Shown: in pieces, positions 7,818 through 15,389 of the stretch | Numbering within the stretch: position 1 is the first letter of the stretch | How the letters are laid out: every line of letters begins with the position of its first letter | IMG/VR virus record: IMGVR_UViG_3300014810_000001 | Coordinates: 62,001-86,946 of that record | Length of the DNA stretch: 24,946 nucleotides | Reading direction: 5' to 3' (one strand) | DNA from: an uncultured virus (IMG/VR IMGVR_UViG_3300014810_000001) | Taxonomy: Duplodnaviria; Heunggongvirae; Uroviricota; Caudoviricetes | The notes under the pieces: generated by a model | What the model saw: the letters and a program-made list of their open reading frames with translations, nothing else | The model's database searches: none | What the model was told of the DNA's origin: nothing | Program-made: the position numbers and the translations under genes

Positions 7818-8786
7818 ATGAACAACACAAATAAGAAAGCCAAACGGGTGCTGAAAAATATTGAGTTTGAAAGCAGTGATACTAGTCATATTGCGTTAGT
7901 ACATAAAGATCAGGGCGGCCCCGCCTCAGGTGCAGACTATAGACTCGTAATGAAATCGAACAACTTCTCTCCTGAGTTTATCCAAAAGATGCAGGCGATT
8001 CAAGTCACGATGACAATCCCAGAATTTTTGGAGAGGTTCTTCATGCTCTGGGAAGAAGATGTTGAATTTCTTTCTCAGTTGCTTGGTTATGTTGAACCCC
8101 CTGAAGACGAACAAGCTGAAGCTGTTGATGATTATAACAAGTGGATTGAAGAACGCTTTCAGTCTTTTAGCATTATTAAGTCCCTCCATGAAGCAAAGAG
8201 CCTACCAGATGCTCTTTCAAAACTAACAGAACAAGACTATCTTGATGTATTGACCGATCAAGCAGTAATTGAGAAGGCTCTTACCGAATTTACCAAGGGT
8301 GCCAAGCCCGAGGCAAATACCTCAGCTAAAAATGTTGAGAAACAAGTTGAGGCGTCTGCCTCGAAAGTCACTAAGAAAAACAAAGGAAAGCAAATGACCC
8401 AAACAACTGATATGGTTGAAGCGGACAAACTTGTTGCAGTAGAGAAGGCTCTGGAAGATCAGAAGATCGCACTGGAAAAAGCTCTCGCACAAGTCAAGCA
8501 ATACGAAAATGAAAAGAAAGAAGCAATTGTAAAGTCCAAGACTGATGCTGTCAAGGCTGTGGTTAAGGACGAAAAGCAAGCTGCTGTGGTTGTGAAGGCT
8601 GCTCTGGCACTGGACAACCAAGAAGACTTTGATGCACTGATTGCTGTGTTCAAGAGCATGAATGATCTGCTGGAAAAGTCCGGTCTGTTCCAAGAACAAG
8701 GCGTTAGTGCTGAGGCTGCTGAAGACAAGCCCGGTGAAACCAAACTGATGAAGGCTCTGAAGGCTCGTCATCAAGCAAAACAATAA
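7818..8786 (+). CDS. Capsid assembly/scaffold protein with protease-like N-terminal segment
   Basis: N-terminal KRVLKNIEF..HIALV..GGPASG; acidic middle; Ala/Lys/Glu coiled-coil C-terminal half; lies between the protease and decoration/capsid genes. Confidence 0.75.
   Translation: MNNTNKKAKRVLKNIEFESSDTSHIALVHKDQGGPASGADYRLVMKSNNFSPEFIQKMQAIQVTMTIPEFLERFFMLWEEDVEFLSQLLGYVEPPEDEQAEAVDDYNKWIEERFQSFSIIKSLHEAKSLPDALSKLTEQDYLDVLTDQAVIEKALTEFTKGAKPEANTSAKNVEKQVEASASKVTKKNKGKQMTQTTDMVEADKLVAVEKALEDQKIALEKALAQVKQYENEKKEAIVKSKTDAVKAVVKDEKQAAVVVKAALALDNQEDFDALIAVFKSMNDLLEKSGLFQEQGVSAEAAEDKPGETKLMKALKARHQAKQ
8394..8786 (+). CDS. Putative nested in-frame scaffold protein, 130 aa
   Basis: A-rich leader with AAAGGA (8382-8387) 6 nt before in-frame ATG 8394; hairpin at 8347-8364 just upstream. 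Confidence 0.6.
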   Translation: MTQTTDMVEADKLVAVEKALEDQKIALEKALAQVKQYENEKKEAIVKSKTDAVKAVVKDEKQAAVVVKAALALDNQEDFDALIAVFKSMNDLLEKSGLFQEQGVSAEAAEDKPGETKLMKALKARHQAKQ

Positions 8787-8802
8787 TAATTAGGAGAATA
8801 AG

Positions 8803-9198
8803 ATGAGTGTAATTTCTACTTCGCTTCACACAATTTCTAACGTTGTCAAGCACGAATATGGTGCTGACTATGCCTACTGCCGTAAGCTGGTGACGGTTAA
8901 TGATACTGCTGGTACTCTGGCAATCGGAACGGTTCTTGGCAAGGTAACTGCTGACGGCAAGTTCAAGCGTGCGGTGCAAACTGCTATCGATGGTTCTGCT
9001 GCTGCTGCTGCTATCGTTGCCTCTGCAAAGACTATCCTCGGTACTACTGACACTCAAGTTCTGGTCTACGTCCGTGGTCCTATGGGTGTGAGCAAGAATG
9101 GTCTGGTTTTGGATGCCACCTATGACACTGCTCCTGAAAAGGCTGCTGTTTACGCATCTCTGGAAGACCTCGGTATTCAGTGCCTCGATACCATCTAA
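8803..9198 (+). CDS. Head decoration protein (lambda gpD-like position)
   Basis: SD AGGAG; LAIGTVLGKVTADGK..DGS..AAAI..VRGP motif; immediately before the major capsid gene. Confidence 0.85.
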   Translation: MSVISTSLHTISNVVKHEYGADYAYCRKLVTVNDTAGTLAIGTVLGKVTADGKFKRAVQTAIDGSAAAAAIVASAKTILGTTDTQVLVYVRGPMGVSKNGLVLDATYDTAPEKAAVYASLEDLGIQCLDTI

Positions 9199-9229
9199 GT
9201 CTAACTAATAATAAATATAAGGATTAAAA

Positions 9230-10255
9230 ATGCCTCTGTATACTTCTCCTACCAGCAACTTTGAAGTTGTTGATCGCACAAATGAGATTCTAGTTCTTCC
9301 GCAGAATTGGACTCTCATGAATGACTCCGGTATGTGGCAAGAGGAATTCCTCACTACCCGTACCGTTACTTTTGAAGAGCGTGGTGGTCACCTCTTTATC
9401 GTCAAGGATCAAGTTCCTGGCGCTCCTCCTCAAACCACTGGTAACGACCTGCGTAAGCTGCACAGCTACCCAATGTCGCATCACCCTTTCATGGATGCTC
9501 TGCTGCCTCAAGACATTGCTACCGTGCTGCGTCCCGGTGCTCTGGCTCCTGAACTGGATTCCAAGGATCGTGCTCTAATGGTGAAGATGGAACGTATTCG
9601 TAAGTCCTACGACCGTACTATTAACTTCGCACGTTTCCGTACTATTGCTAATGGCGATATCTGGGCGCCTAACGGAACTATTAGTGGAAACCTGTACACG
9701 GACTTTAATATTACCCGCCAAAACGTTAATTTCGATCTGGCTACGGCTACGACTGATATTATCGACAAATGCCAGCAAGTTATTTCTAACTTCCAGTCAC
9801 AAGCTACTGAAGGTCAAGAAATTCAACGTGTTGTTGCGTACTGCTCCCCCGGTTTCTTCTCTGCTTTCATTGCTCACCCGAAGGTTCAGGCCGCGTACAA
9901 TATTTATGCTGTTGCTGCTCCCCAGCAAATCAGCCGTGATCGTGCAGGTGGGATGGGCCTGTATCGCCGTTTCACTTTCTCGAATATCGAATTCATTGAA
10001 GTGACTCAGAGCATTGACGGCACTCCTCTGGTTGATACCGACAAGTGCGTGTTTGTTGCAGATGACGGCGATGGTGCTTTCATGACCTATTATGGCCCAC
10101 CTAACCGCTTCGGCTTTGTGAACACTCCTGCTGTTTCTACGTACATGTGGACGTTCGAGGATCAACGCGGAACTCAAGTTACTATCGAAGCTGAGTCCAA
10201 TTTTATCAACCTGATGCGTCGCCCAGGATTTGTGAGCGGAGGCTCCAAGGCTTAA
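9230..10255 (+). CDS. Major capsid protein (lambda gpE / Phage_cap_E type)
   Basis: 341 aa, SD TAAGGA, strongly biased codon usage; motifs NLYTDFNIT, CSPGFFSAFIAHPKV, TYYGP, IEAESN..RRP; followed by a terminator. Confidence 0.92.
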   Translation: MPLYTSPTSNFEVVDRTNEILVLPQNWTLMNDSGMWQEEFLTTRTVTFEERGGHLFIVKDQVPGAPPQTTGNDLRKLHSYPMSHHPFMDALLPQDIATVLRPGALAPELDSKDRALMVKMERIRKSYDRTINFARFRTIANGDIWAPNGTISGNLYTDFNITRQNVNFDLATATTDIIDKCQQVISNFQSQATEGQEIQRVVAYCSPGFFSAFIAHPKVQAAYNIYAVAAPQQISRDRAGGMGLYRRFTFSNIEFIEVTQSIDGTPLVDTDKCVFVADDGDGAFMTYYGPPNRFGFVNTPAVSTYMWTFEDQRGTQVTIEAESNFINLMRRPGFVSGGSKA

Positions 10256-10268
10256 TAGCAAAATAATC

Positions 10269-10288
10269 GGACTCTTCGGAGTCCTTTT
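10269..10288 (+). terminator. Intrinsic terminator after the capsid gene
   Basis: GGACTC-TTCG-GAGTCC-TTTT (cUUCGg tetraloop). Confidence 0.8.
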
Positions 10289-10299
10289 ATCACAACATT

Positions 10300-10328
10300 T
10301 TGACAAGATCAGAGAGTTGTGATAAAGT
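10300..10328 (+). promoter_or_regulatory. Sigma70-type promoter for HEG4
   Basis: TTGACA (10300-10305), 17 nt, TAAAGT (10323-10328) with TGn extension. Confidence 0.65.
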
Positions 10329-10335
10329 TTGACTT

Positions 10336-10423
10336 TAAACAACGGCTAGGCTGATCCCCGAAAAGATTGATACCCCACCAATCCTGCCACTTGTTTTATT
10401 GTGGGATTTATTATGGGGAATAA
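10336..10423 (+). ncRNA. Putative structured cis-regulatory leader RNA of HEG4
   Basis: AAACAA/TTGTTT, GGC/GCC and AG/CT outer stem; GATTG/CAATC inner stem; loop ATACCCCAC complementary to GTGGG (10401) and TGGGG (10414). Confidence 0.5.
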
Positions 10424-11245
10424 ATGTACGAAAATTTAAAATACTGTGTTTATATTCATCGTAGGAAAACAGATAACTCTGTTTTCTATATTGGAAGTGG
10501 TAGAGAGTATAGAGCACAAAGCCCTAGTGGACGAACCAGCATTTGGAAGAATGAAGCAGACACTCATGGTTTTATAGTAGAAATACTTGAATCGGATTTA
10601 TCTAAGGCTGAGTCTTTAGAAAGAGAATTGCACTATTACGATAGTTTTAAAGACAGCAAGAATCTGGTTAATACTAAACCTCCTGCACTTGCTAAATCTT
10701 TTGATAAAGAGTTTTTGTCTCAATATGTTTATTATGACGAGACTAGTGAGACATTTTTAAGATGGAATTACACTTCAGATTTAGTGTACGGAAGTCACAG
10801 ACCTGAAGTAGGAAAAGTTGCAGGAACGCTCGGAAGCAATGTAAACATTTTGAAAGTACCCTATTCAGGTCACAAAGTTGTTTGGGCTTTGCACTACGGA
10901 GATATTCCGGCTGATATGGTTATTGACCACATAGATGGTAATCCAAAGAACAACAACATTAACAATCTTAGGATGATTCCGCAAAGTCTTAATTGTAAGA
11001 ACAGAGGAATGTCTAAGAATAATAAGACAAGTGTTTCTGGTGTAGTACATTACTTACAACCAAAACAGTGTGAATATTTCCGTGCTCAGGTTGCAATTGG
11101 AAATGGTAGAAATCAGCAGAAGTATTTTTCTGTCAAGAAATACGGCAAAGAAGAAGCCTTTCGCCTTGCTGTTGAATGGCGTGCAGCCAGAATCAAAGAA
11201 CTAAACGAACAAGGCGCTGGCTACACCGAACGACACGGTACATGA
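10424..11245 (+). CDS. GIY-YIG + HNH + AP2-like endonuclease (HEG4)
   Basis: YCVYIHRRKTDNSVFYIGSG..RA..LERE..LVN; YYDETSETFLRW; VIDHIDGNPKNNNINNLR; KYFSVKKYGKEEAFRLAVEWR..YTERHG. Confidence 0.88.
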   Translation: MYENLKYCVYIHRRKTDNSVFYIGSGREYRAQSPSGRTSIWKNEADTHGFIVEILESDLSKAESLERELHYYDSFKDSKNLVNTKPPALAKSFDKEFLSQYVYYDETSETFLRWNYTSDLVYGSHRPEVGKVAGTLGSNVNILKVPYSGHKVVWALHYGDIPADMVIDHIDGNPKNNNINNLRMIPQSLNCKNRGMSKNNKTSVSGVVHYLQPKQCEYFRAQVAIGNGRNQQKYFSVKKYGKEEAFRLAVEWRAARIKELNEQGAGYTERHGT

Positions 11246-11307
11246 AGAACGGAGGCTTTGCCTCCTTCTCTCAAAACTCTTTGTAAAACCAGAGGCTTTT
11301 GAAAGAA
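11246..11307 (+). terminator. Terminator-like hairpin followed by a second long hairpin
   Basis: GGAGGC-TTT-GCCTCC-TTCT, then TTCTCTCAAAA...TTTTGAAAGAA. Confidence 0.5.
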
Positions 11308-11329
11308 CTAAAACAACAAAGGAGCCAAA

Positions 11330-11752
11330 GTGGCCTTGACAGATATACAAAAACTCCGTGTTGAAGTAGGTGACACGGATGTAAGTTTTCCTATACTTGA
11401 TGATACCTCGTATGAGTATTTTCTTGAGAAGCATAGTAATAATATAAACAGGGCAGGACTAGACGCTGCCCGAGCAATCTTATTTCAGCTATCCACTAGG
11501 AATTCAGAAACTGTAGACGTGTTCTCAGTTAAAAATACCTCTGCTGAATCATATAGACAAGCGCTTTTGCTTTATATCAAAGACCCAAATCTTAATCCTT
11601 TATATAAAAATCTAAAGGGATACGTAGGAGGAGTTTCCATCTCCGACATGGAGGCGAATAACGCTGACCTAGATAACAACATCGTAGAGAACCCCGGTAA
11701 GACAGAATCCTTGTATCAAACAGGCCCGTTTACCGTAGGCTGGAGGTTCTAA
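11330..11752 (+). CDS. Head-tail adaptor protein
   Basis: GTG start with SD AAGGAG; IQKLRVEVGDTD..ILDD..YEYFL motif; first structural gene after the capsid gene. Confidence 0.75.
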   Translation: MALTDIQKLRVEVGDTDVSFPILDDTSYEYFLEKHSNNINRAGLDAARAILFQLSTRNSETVDVFSVKNTSAESYRQALLLYIKDPNLNPLYKNLKGYVGGVSISDMEANNADLDNNIVENPGKTESLYQTGPFTVGWRF

Positions 11753-12106
11753 GTGGATTGGGCGATAGGAACGACTACAAGGGCTCTACAACGTCACGGA
11801 CAGTCTCTACCTTACTCTACCATTACCAGAACGGTTGATCCCATTGAAGGTACCGTTACGGAGGTTCTAACCACATCTACGCTTAGGATTTATCCAAGAC
11901 CAATGCAAGCTACGCAGTACAACTTTCCAACACTCGTAGGAAAGCAAACCGTGATGTTCTATCTAGCAGCAGATGGTTTGACCTTTACTCCTAAGCCTTC
12001 AGATGAGATTACTTATCTAGGTGAAGTGTATAGAGTTAATTCTATCCAAGCGCACACAGCCCACGGAAAGACTGTTCTATATAAGTTGGTCGGAGTAAAA
12101 GGATAA
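11753..12106 (+). CDS. Head closure / head-tail joining protein
   Basis: GTG start with SD GGAGG; PKPSDEITYLGEVYRV beta-barrel pattern; synteny. Confidence 0.7.
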   Translation: MDWAIGTTTRALQRHGQSLPYSTITRTVDPIEGTVTEVLTTSTLRIYPRPMQATQYNFPTLVGKQTVMFYLAADGLTFTPKPSDEITYLGEVYRVNSIQAHTAHGKTVLYKLVGVKG

Positions 12107-12588
12107 TGATTTCTGCAGATGTGGCAAAAGTACTAGAAGAATTAAAAGCCTATCACGCAGATACTATCCGCAGAATGGAAAATATGGTAAGAGGCTTCTC
12201 TTATATTATCTCCAAAACGGCAATTGAGAATACTCCAATAGGTGATGCTAAAAAATACTTCGATCTATACCAAAGGCGTCTTACAGACGGCAGCGGCCTA
12301 AAACCTGAAGCTGGATGGGCAAAAGGTTCTTGGCAAGTAAACGAAACTGGACAATTCAGTATTCAACAGGTTTATTCTGCTGGCGAAGCCTTGAATCTAA
12401 TCAAAGCTGATCTAGGTAGTTATAAACTTGGTGACACTTTGTACATCGGTAATACTGGTTACTATATTAGATTGCTTGAAAACAATTATAGCTCACAAAC
12501 AAACGAACTAGGTATTATGCAACCTACTTTGGATAGTATTATGCAGACGTACAAAGTTGATTTACCTAGATTGTATAAAGAAGGATAA
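12106..12588 (+). CDS. Neck / tail completion protein (HK97 gp10-like)
   Basis: ENTPIGD..GWAKGSW..LYIGN..YIRLLE..SSQ motif; TAATG coupling. Confidence 0.75.
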   Translation: MISADVAKVLEELKAYHADTIRRMENMVRGFSYIISKTAIENTPIGDAKKYFDLYQRRLTDGSGLKPEAGWAKGSWQVNETGQFSIQQVYSAGEALNLIKADLGSYKLGDTLYIGNTGYYIRLLENNYSSQTNELGIMQPTLDSIMQTYKVDLPRLYKEG

Positions 12589-12590
12589 GA

Positions 12591-12998
12591 ATGTCAATTA
12601 TTAAAGCTGAAAAAGCGGTAAGGCGTCACCTTCTTACTTTGTCCCCACAGCTACCAACGGCACTTGAAGCAACCCCTTTTACAGCACCTACAGGAATGTA
12701 CCAGAGATTGCAGTTTGTTGTCAATCCTCCTACTGATCCAACCTTTGGTAATTATTATCACAGAGAGAACCTTCAAGTTCAGATTTTTGTAGCTGATAAG
12801 TTAGATGTAGGAACTACTGGAGCAATTACTAGAGCACAAGCTCTTCGGGATTTGTTTCATAAAGGTCTTACATTAGTAGAGGATGGAGTTCGTATGCACG
12901 TTTTGCGTACTCCACAAATTGCCGGTGCAACAGTCGCTGGCGACAGGGTTATTGTTCCTGTACTAATTCCACTTACTGTGGAAATATATCAGGACTAA
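12591..12998 (+). CDS. Tail terminator protein
   Basis: 135 aa directly before the tail tube gene; LQVQIF..GT..RAQALRDLFHKG pattern. Confidence 0.75.
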   Translation: MSIIKAEKAVRRHLLTLSPQLPTALEATPFTAPTGMYQRLQFVVNPPTDPTFGNYYHRENLQVQIFVADKLDVGTTGAITRAQALRDLFHKGLTLVEDGVRMHVLRTPQIAGATVAGDRVIVPVLIPLTVEIYQD

Positions 12999-13021
12999 TA
13001 ATACGCCATCGGCGTGAATGA

Positions 13022-13039
13022 TTAATTTTGCAAAATTAA
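13022..13039. promoter_or_regulatory. Perfect 18-bp palindrome just upstream of the tail tube RBS
   Basis: TTAATTTTGCAAAATTAA, preceded by the small hairpin ACGCC-ATC-GGCGT (13003-13015). Confidence 0.45.
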
Positions 13040-13054
13040 AATAAGGAAAATAAT

Positions 13055-14269
13055 ATGGCTACAATCGCCAAGGGCGTATCGAAAACCGTTGGGTACAAGT
13101 TGGAAACTGCTTGGGGCACCCCTGCGGGTGCTTCAGGGGCTAAACTCCTGCGTCGTGTAACTGCGGATTTTAACCTCACAAAAGAAAACTACGAATCCAA
13201 TGAAATTAATCCCTCCATGCAGACTATCGATAGTCGTCATGGTGTTCGTAGCGTATCGGGTACTCTAGAAGCTGAGCTGTCTCCCGGTACTTACTCTGAT
13301 TTTATCGGCTCTGTTGTTGCTCGTGATTTTACCGTTGGTGGAACCGCTGCTGCATTGTCTGTAACTATTGCTACTTCTGGTTCGATGTATACTATCACTC
13401 GTGCTGCTGGTAGCTGGTTGACAGATGGATTTTATGTAGGTAATATCATTCGTTTGACAGGCGCAGGTCTGAACCCAGCAAACGTAGGTAACAACCTACT
13501 GATTGTTGCGTTGACTGCTACTATTGCCACTGTAGTACTGCTTTCTGATACCCCCTTGGTTGCAGAAGGCCCAATCGCATCTGTCGGTGCATCGGTTGTT
13601 GGTAAGCATACATACGCTCCATTGACCGGTCATACTGACCAGAGCTATACGATTGAACAATGGTTCTCGGATATTGCCCAATCTGAAGTGTACACTGGCT
13701 TGAAGCCATCTTCGGTTTCACTGTCGTTGCCTTCTACTGGTTTGGTTACTGCATCTATCGGATTCTTGGGTAAAGACCTTACGCAGACAGGCACTTCTCA
13801 ATATTTCACAAGTCCTACGGCAGTTAATACCAAGGGTATTTTTGCAGCCGTTAGCGGTGCTGTTGTTATTAATGGTGTTCCAGTTGCTTTGATTACCAGC
13901 ATGGACTTGAACATTAATCGTAACCAAGAAGCTGCTACTGTTGTTGGTTCAAACAGTGCTGCTGAAATCTTTGTTGGTCGTATCACGGCCTCAGGTTCGC
14001 TTAGCGTGTACTTCCAAGATGCAGCTTTCCGCGATTATTTTGACGATGAGGCTAAGATTAGCATTATTGTTGCATTGACTACCGGTGAAGAAAAGAACGC
14101 AGACGCAATGTCTTTTGCAATGGGTAAAGTCAAGGTGAACTCTTCAAATCGTCAAGATACCGAATTGGGCCTCACTCAAACTATGGACTTCCAAGCCCTG
14201 CAAAATGATGTTGTTACAGGCGGGCTAGTAGCTTCCACCATTCTTGTACAAGATACTACACTGGTGTGA
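13055..14269 (+). CDS. Major tail tube protein with an internal accessory domain
   Basis: ETAWGTP, KENYESNEI, RHGVRSVSG.L.AELS, SYTIEQWFSDI, GRITASGSLSVYFQD; SD TAAGGA; no sheath gene present. Confidence 0.88.
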   Translation: MATIAKGVSKTVGYKLETAWGTPAGASGAKLLRRVTADFNLTKENYESNEINPSMQTIDSRHGVRSVSGTLEAELSPGTYSDFIGSVVARDFTVGGTAAALSVTIATSGSMYTITRAAGSWLTDGFYVGNIIRLTGAGLNPANVGNNLLIVALTATIATVVLLSDTPLVAEGPIASVGASVVGKHTYAPLTGHTDQSYTIEQWFSDIAQSEVYTGLKPSSVSLSLPSTGLVTASIGFLGKDLTQTGTSQYFTSPTAVNTKGIFAAVSGAVVINGVPVALITSMDLNINRNQEAATVVGSNSAAEIFVGRITASGSLSVYFQDAAFRDYFDDEAKISIIVALTTGEEKNADAMSFAMGKVKVNSSNRQDTELGLTQTMDFQALQNDVVTGGLVASTILVQDTTLV

Positions 14270-14298
14270 TTGACTTAGTTTAACATTTCTGCTATAAT
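14270..14298 (+). promoter_or_regulatory. Near-consensus sigma70 promoter for HEG5
   Basis: TTGACT (14270-14275), 17 nt, TATAAT (14293-14298) with TGn; begins 1 nt after the tail tube stop. Confidence 0.75.
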
Positions 14299-14337
14299 CC
14301 CTCTATTGCTTAACGGCTTAGAGGGATTTTTCATTTC
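14296..14337 (+). terminator. Terminator-like hairpin after the tail tube gene
   Basis: AATCCCTCTA (14296-14305) pairs with TAGAGGGATT (14319-14328), followed by TTTCATTTC. Confidence 0.65.
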
Positions 14338-14353
14338 TGAAAGGAGTTTTATT

Positions 14354-15259
14354 TTGGATTTTTATGTGTATCTTCATAAGAAGAAGACGACTGGAGAAGT
14401 GTTCTATGTCGGCAAAGGGAGCGGACGTAGAGCATGGCAACATTCTGATAGGAGTAAATATTGGAAAAGGATAGCCATGAAGTACGGATACATTGTTGAA
14501 ATTGTACAATACAATATTCAAGAGTGGTATGCTTTTGAGTTAGAAAAAGAACTAATTGCGTACTATGGAAGAGAGAACTTAAATGAAGGTACTCTTGTAA
14601 ATTTCACAGATGGTGGAGAAGGAGTTTCGGGTTATATTTGCTCACCTGAGAGAAAACAGGAAATGAGTAAGCAACGCAAAGGCGAATTACACCCTAATTA
14701 TAAACCAGAACTCTTGTACTTCTACAACATAGACACAGGTGCTATTGTCTCAGACACAAGGGCAGGATTCAAGAAGTCTTTTCCGGAAGTTTCCGTAAGA
14801 GCATTGATTTCTAAGAGTCAACGAAGTTCAAAAAGATGGACTATTCTTGATATTAGTACTGAAGAAGATATAAAGGCTCTTACCACAGGCATATTCAAAG
14901 GAGAGAACAATGGGAACTTTGACCATCGGACACATGAGTTGGTGAACATATGGACAGGGGAGACATTTAATGGTACTCGGGTAGAGTTTACCGCGAAATT
15001 TAATTTGAAATTGGATATTTTATTTGATGAATCACACAGCACAACTACTGTTAGCGGTTGGTGTCTTGTAGAAAACCTAGCACAAGTGAAGAAGATGTTC
15101 GTACACACTGTTCATTTATTTGAATCCACCGATGGTAAAATTTTCAAAGGTACTCATAAAGAATTTATTAAAGAATATGGTTATTCTTTGGAGAACTTAT
15201 TTAGAAAGAAAAGGCCTGCCAAAGTTTCCAGAGGATGGCGATTGCTTAAACATAAATAA
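14354..15259 (+). CDS. GIY-YIG-type homing endonuclease (HEG5) with three C-terminal repeats, TTG start
   Basis: SD AAGGAG (14341-14346) 7 nt before TTG 14354; FYVYLHKKKTTGEVFYVGKG..RAW..LEKELIAYYGR..LVNFTDGGEG. Confidence 0.88.
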   Translation: MDFYVYLHKKKTTGEVFYVGKGSGRRAWQHSDRSKYWKRIAMKYGYIVEIVQYNIQEWYAFELEKELIAYYGRENLNEGTLVNFTDGGEGVSGYICSPERKQEMSKQRKGELHPNYKPELLYFYNIDTGAIVSDTRAGFKKSFPEVSVRALISKSQRSSKRWTILDISTEEDIKALTTGIFKGENNGNFDHRTHELVNIWTGETFNGTRVEFTAKFNLKLDILFDESHSTTTVSGWCLVENLAQVKKMFVHTVHLFESTDGKIFKGTHKEFIKEYGYSLENLFRKKRPAKVSRGWRLLKHK

Positions 15260-15264
15260 TTCTC

Positions 15265-15293
15265 TTGTAAAATCACTTTATTTGTGATATAAT
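15265..15293 (+). promoter_or_regulatory. Sigma70-type promoter with extended -10
   Basis: TTGTAA (15265-15270), 17 nt, TATAAT (15288-15293) with TGn; same boxes as the promoter at 6329. Confidence 0.7.
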
Positions 15294-15389
15294 AGTTTTA
15301 TGCTTTGACATTAAAGTCATTCATCAGAAGCCTCTGTCCGTTATGATCGAGGTCTTTTGTTCATCTATAACCAAAGAAAGGAAATTATA

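Noticed and set aside
9205..9220. AATAAATA as a T4-like late promoter (also near 23606)
   Set aside because: Not an exact TATAAATA and immediately adjacent to SD sequences, so more simply AT-rich translation leaders.
10351..10364. CTGAT..GAAA resembling a hammerhead ribozyme core
   Set aside because: The core needs CUGANGA plus stem II before GAAA; here it is CUGAUCCCCGAAA with neither.
14306..14353. Track start of HEG5 at 14306
   Set aside because: Lies inside the hairpin with no SD; AAGGAG points to TTG 14354.
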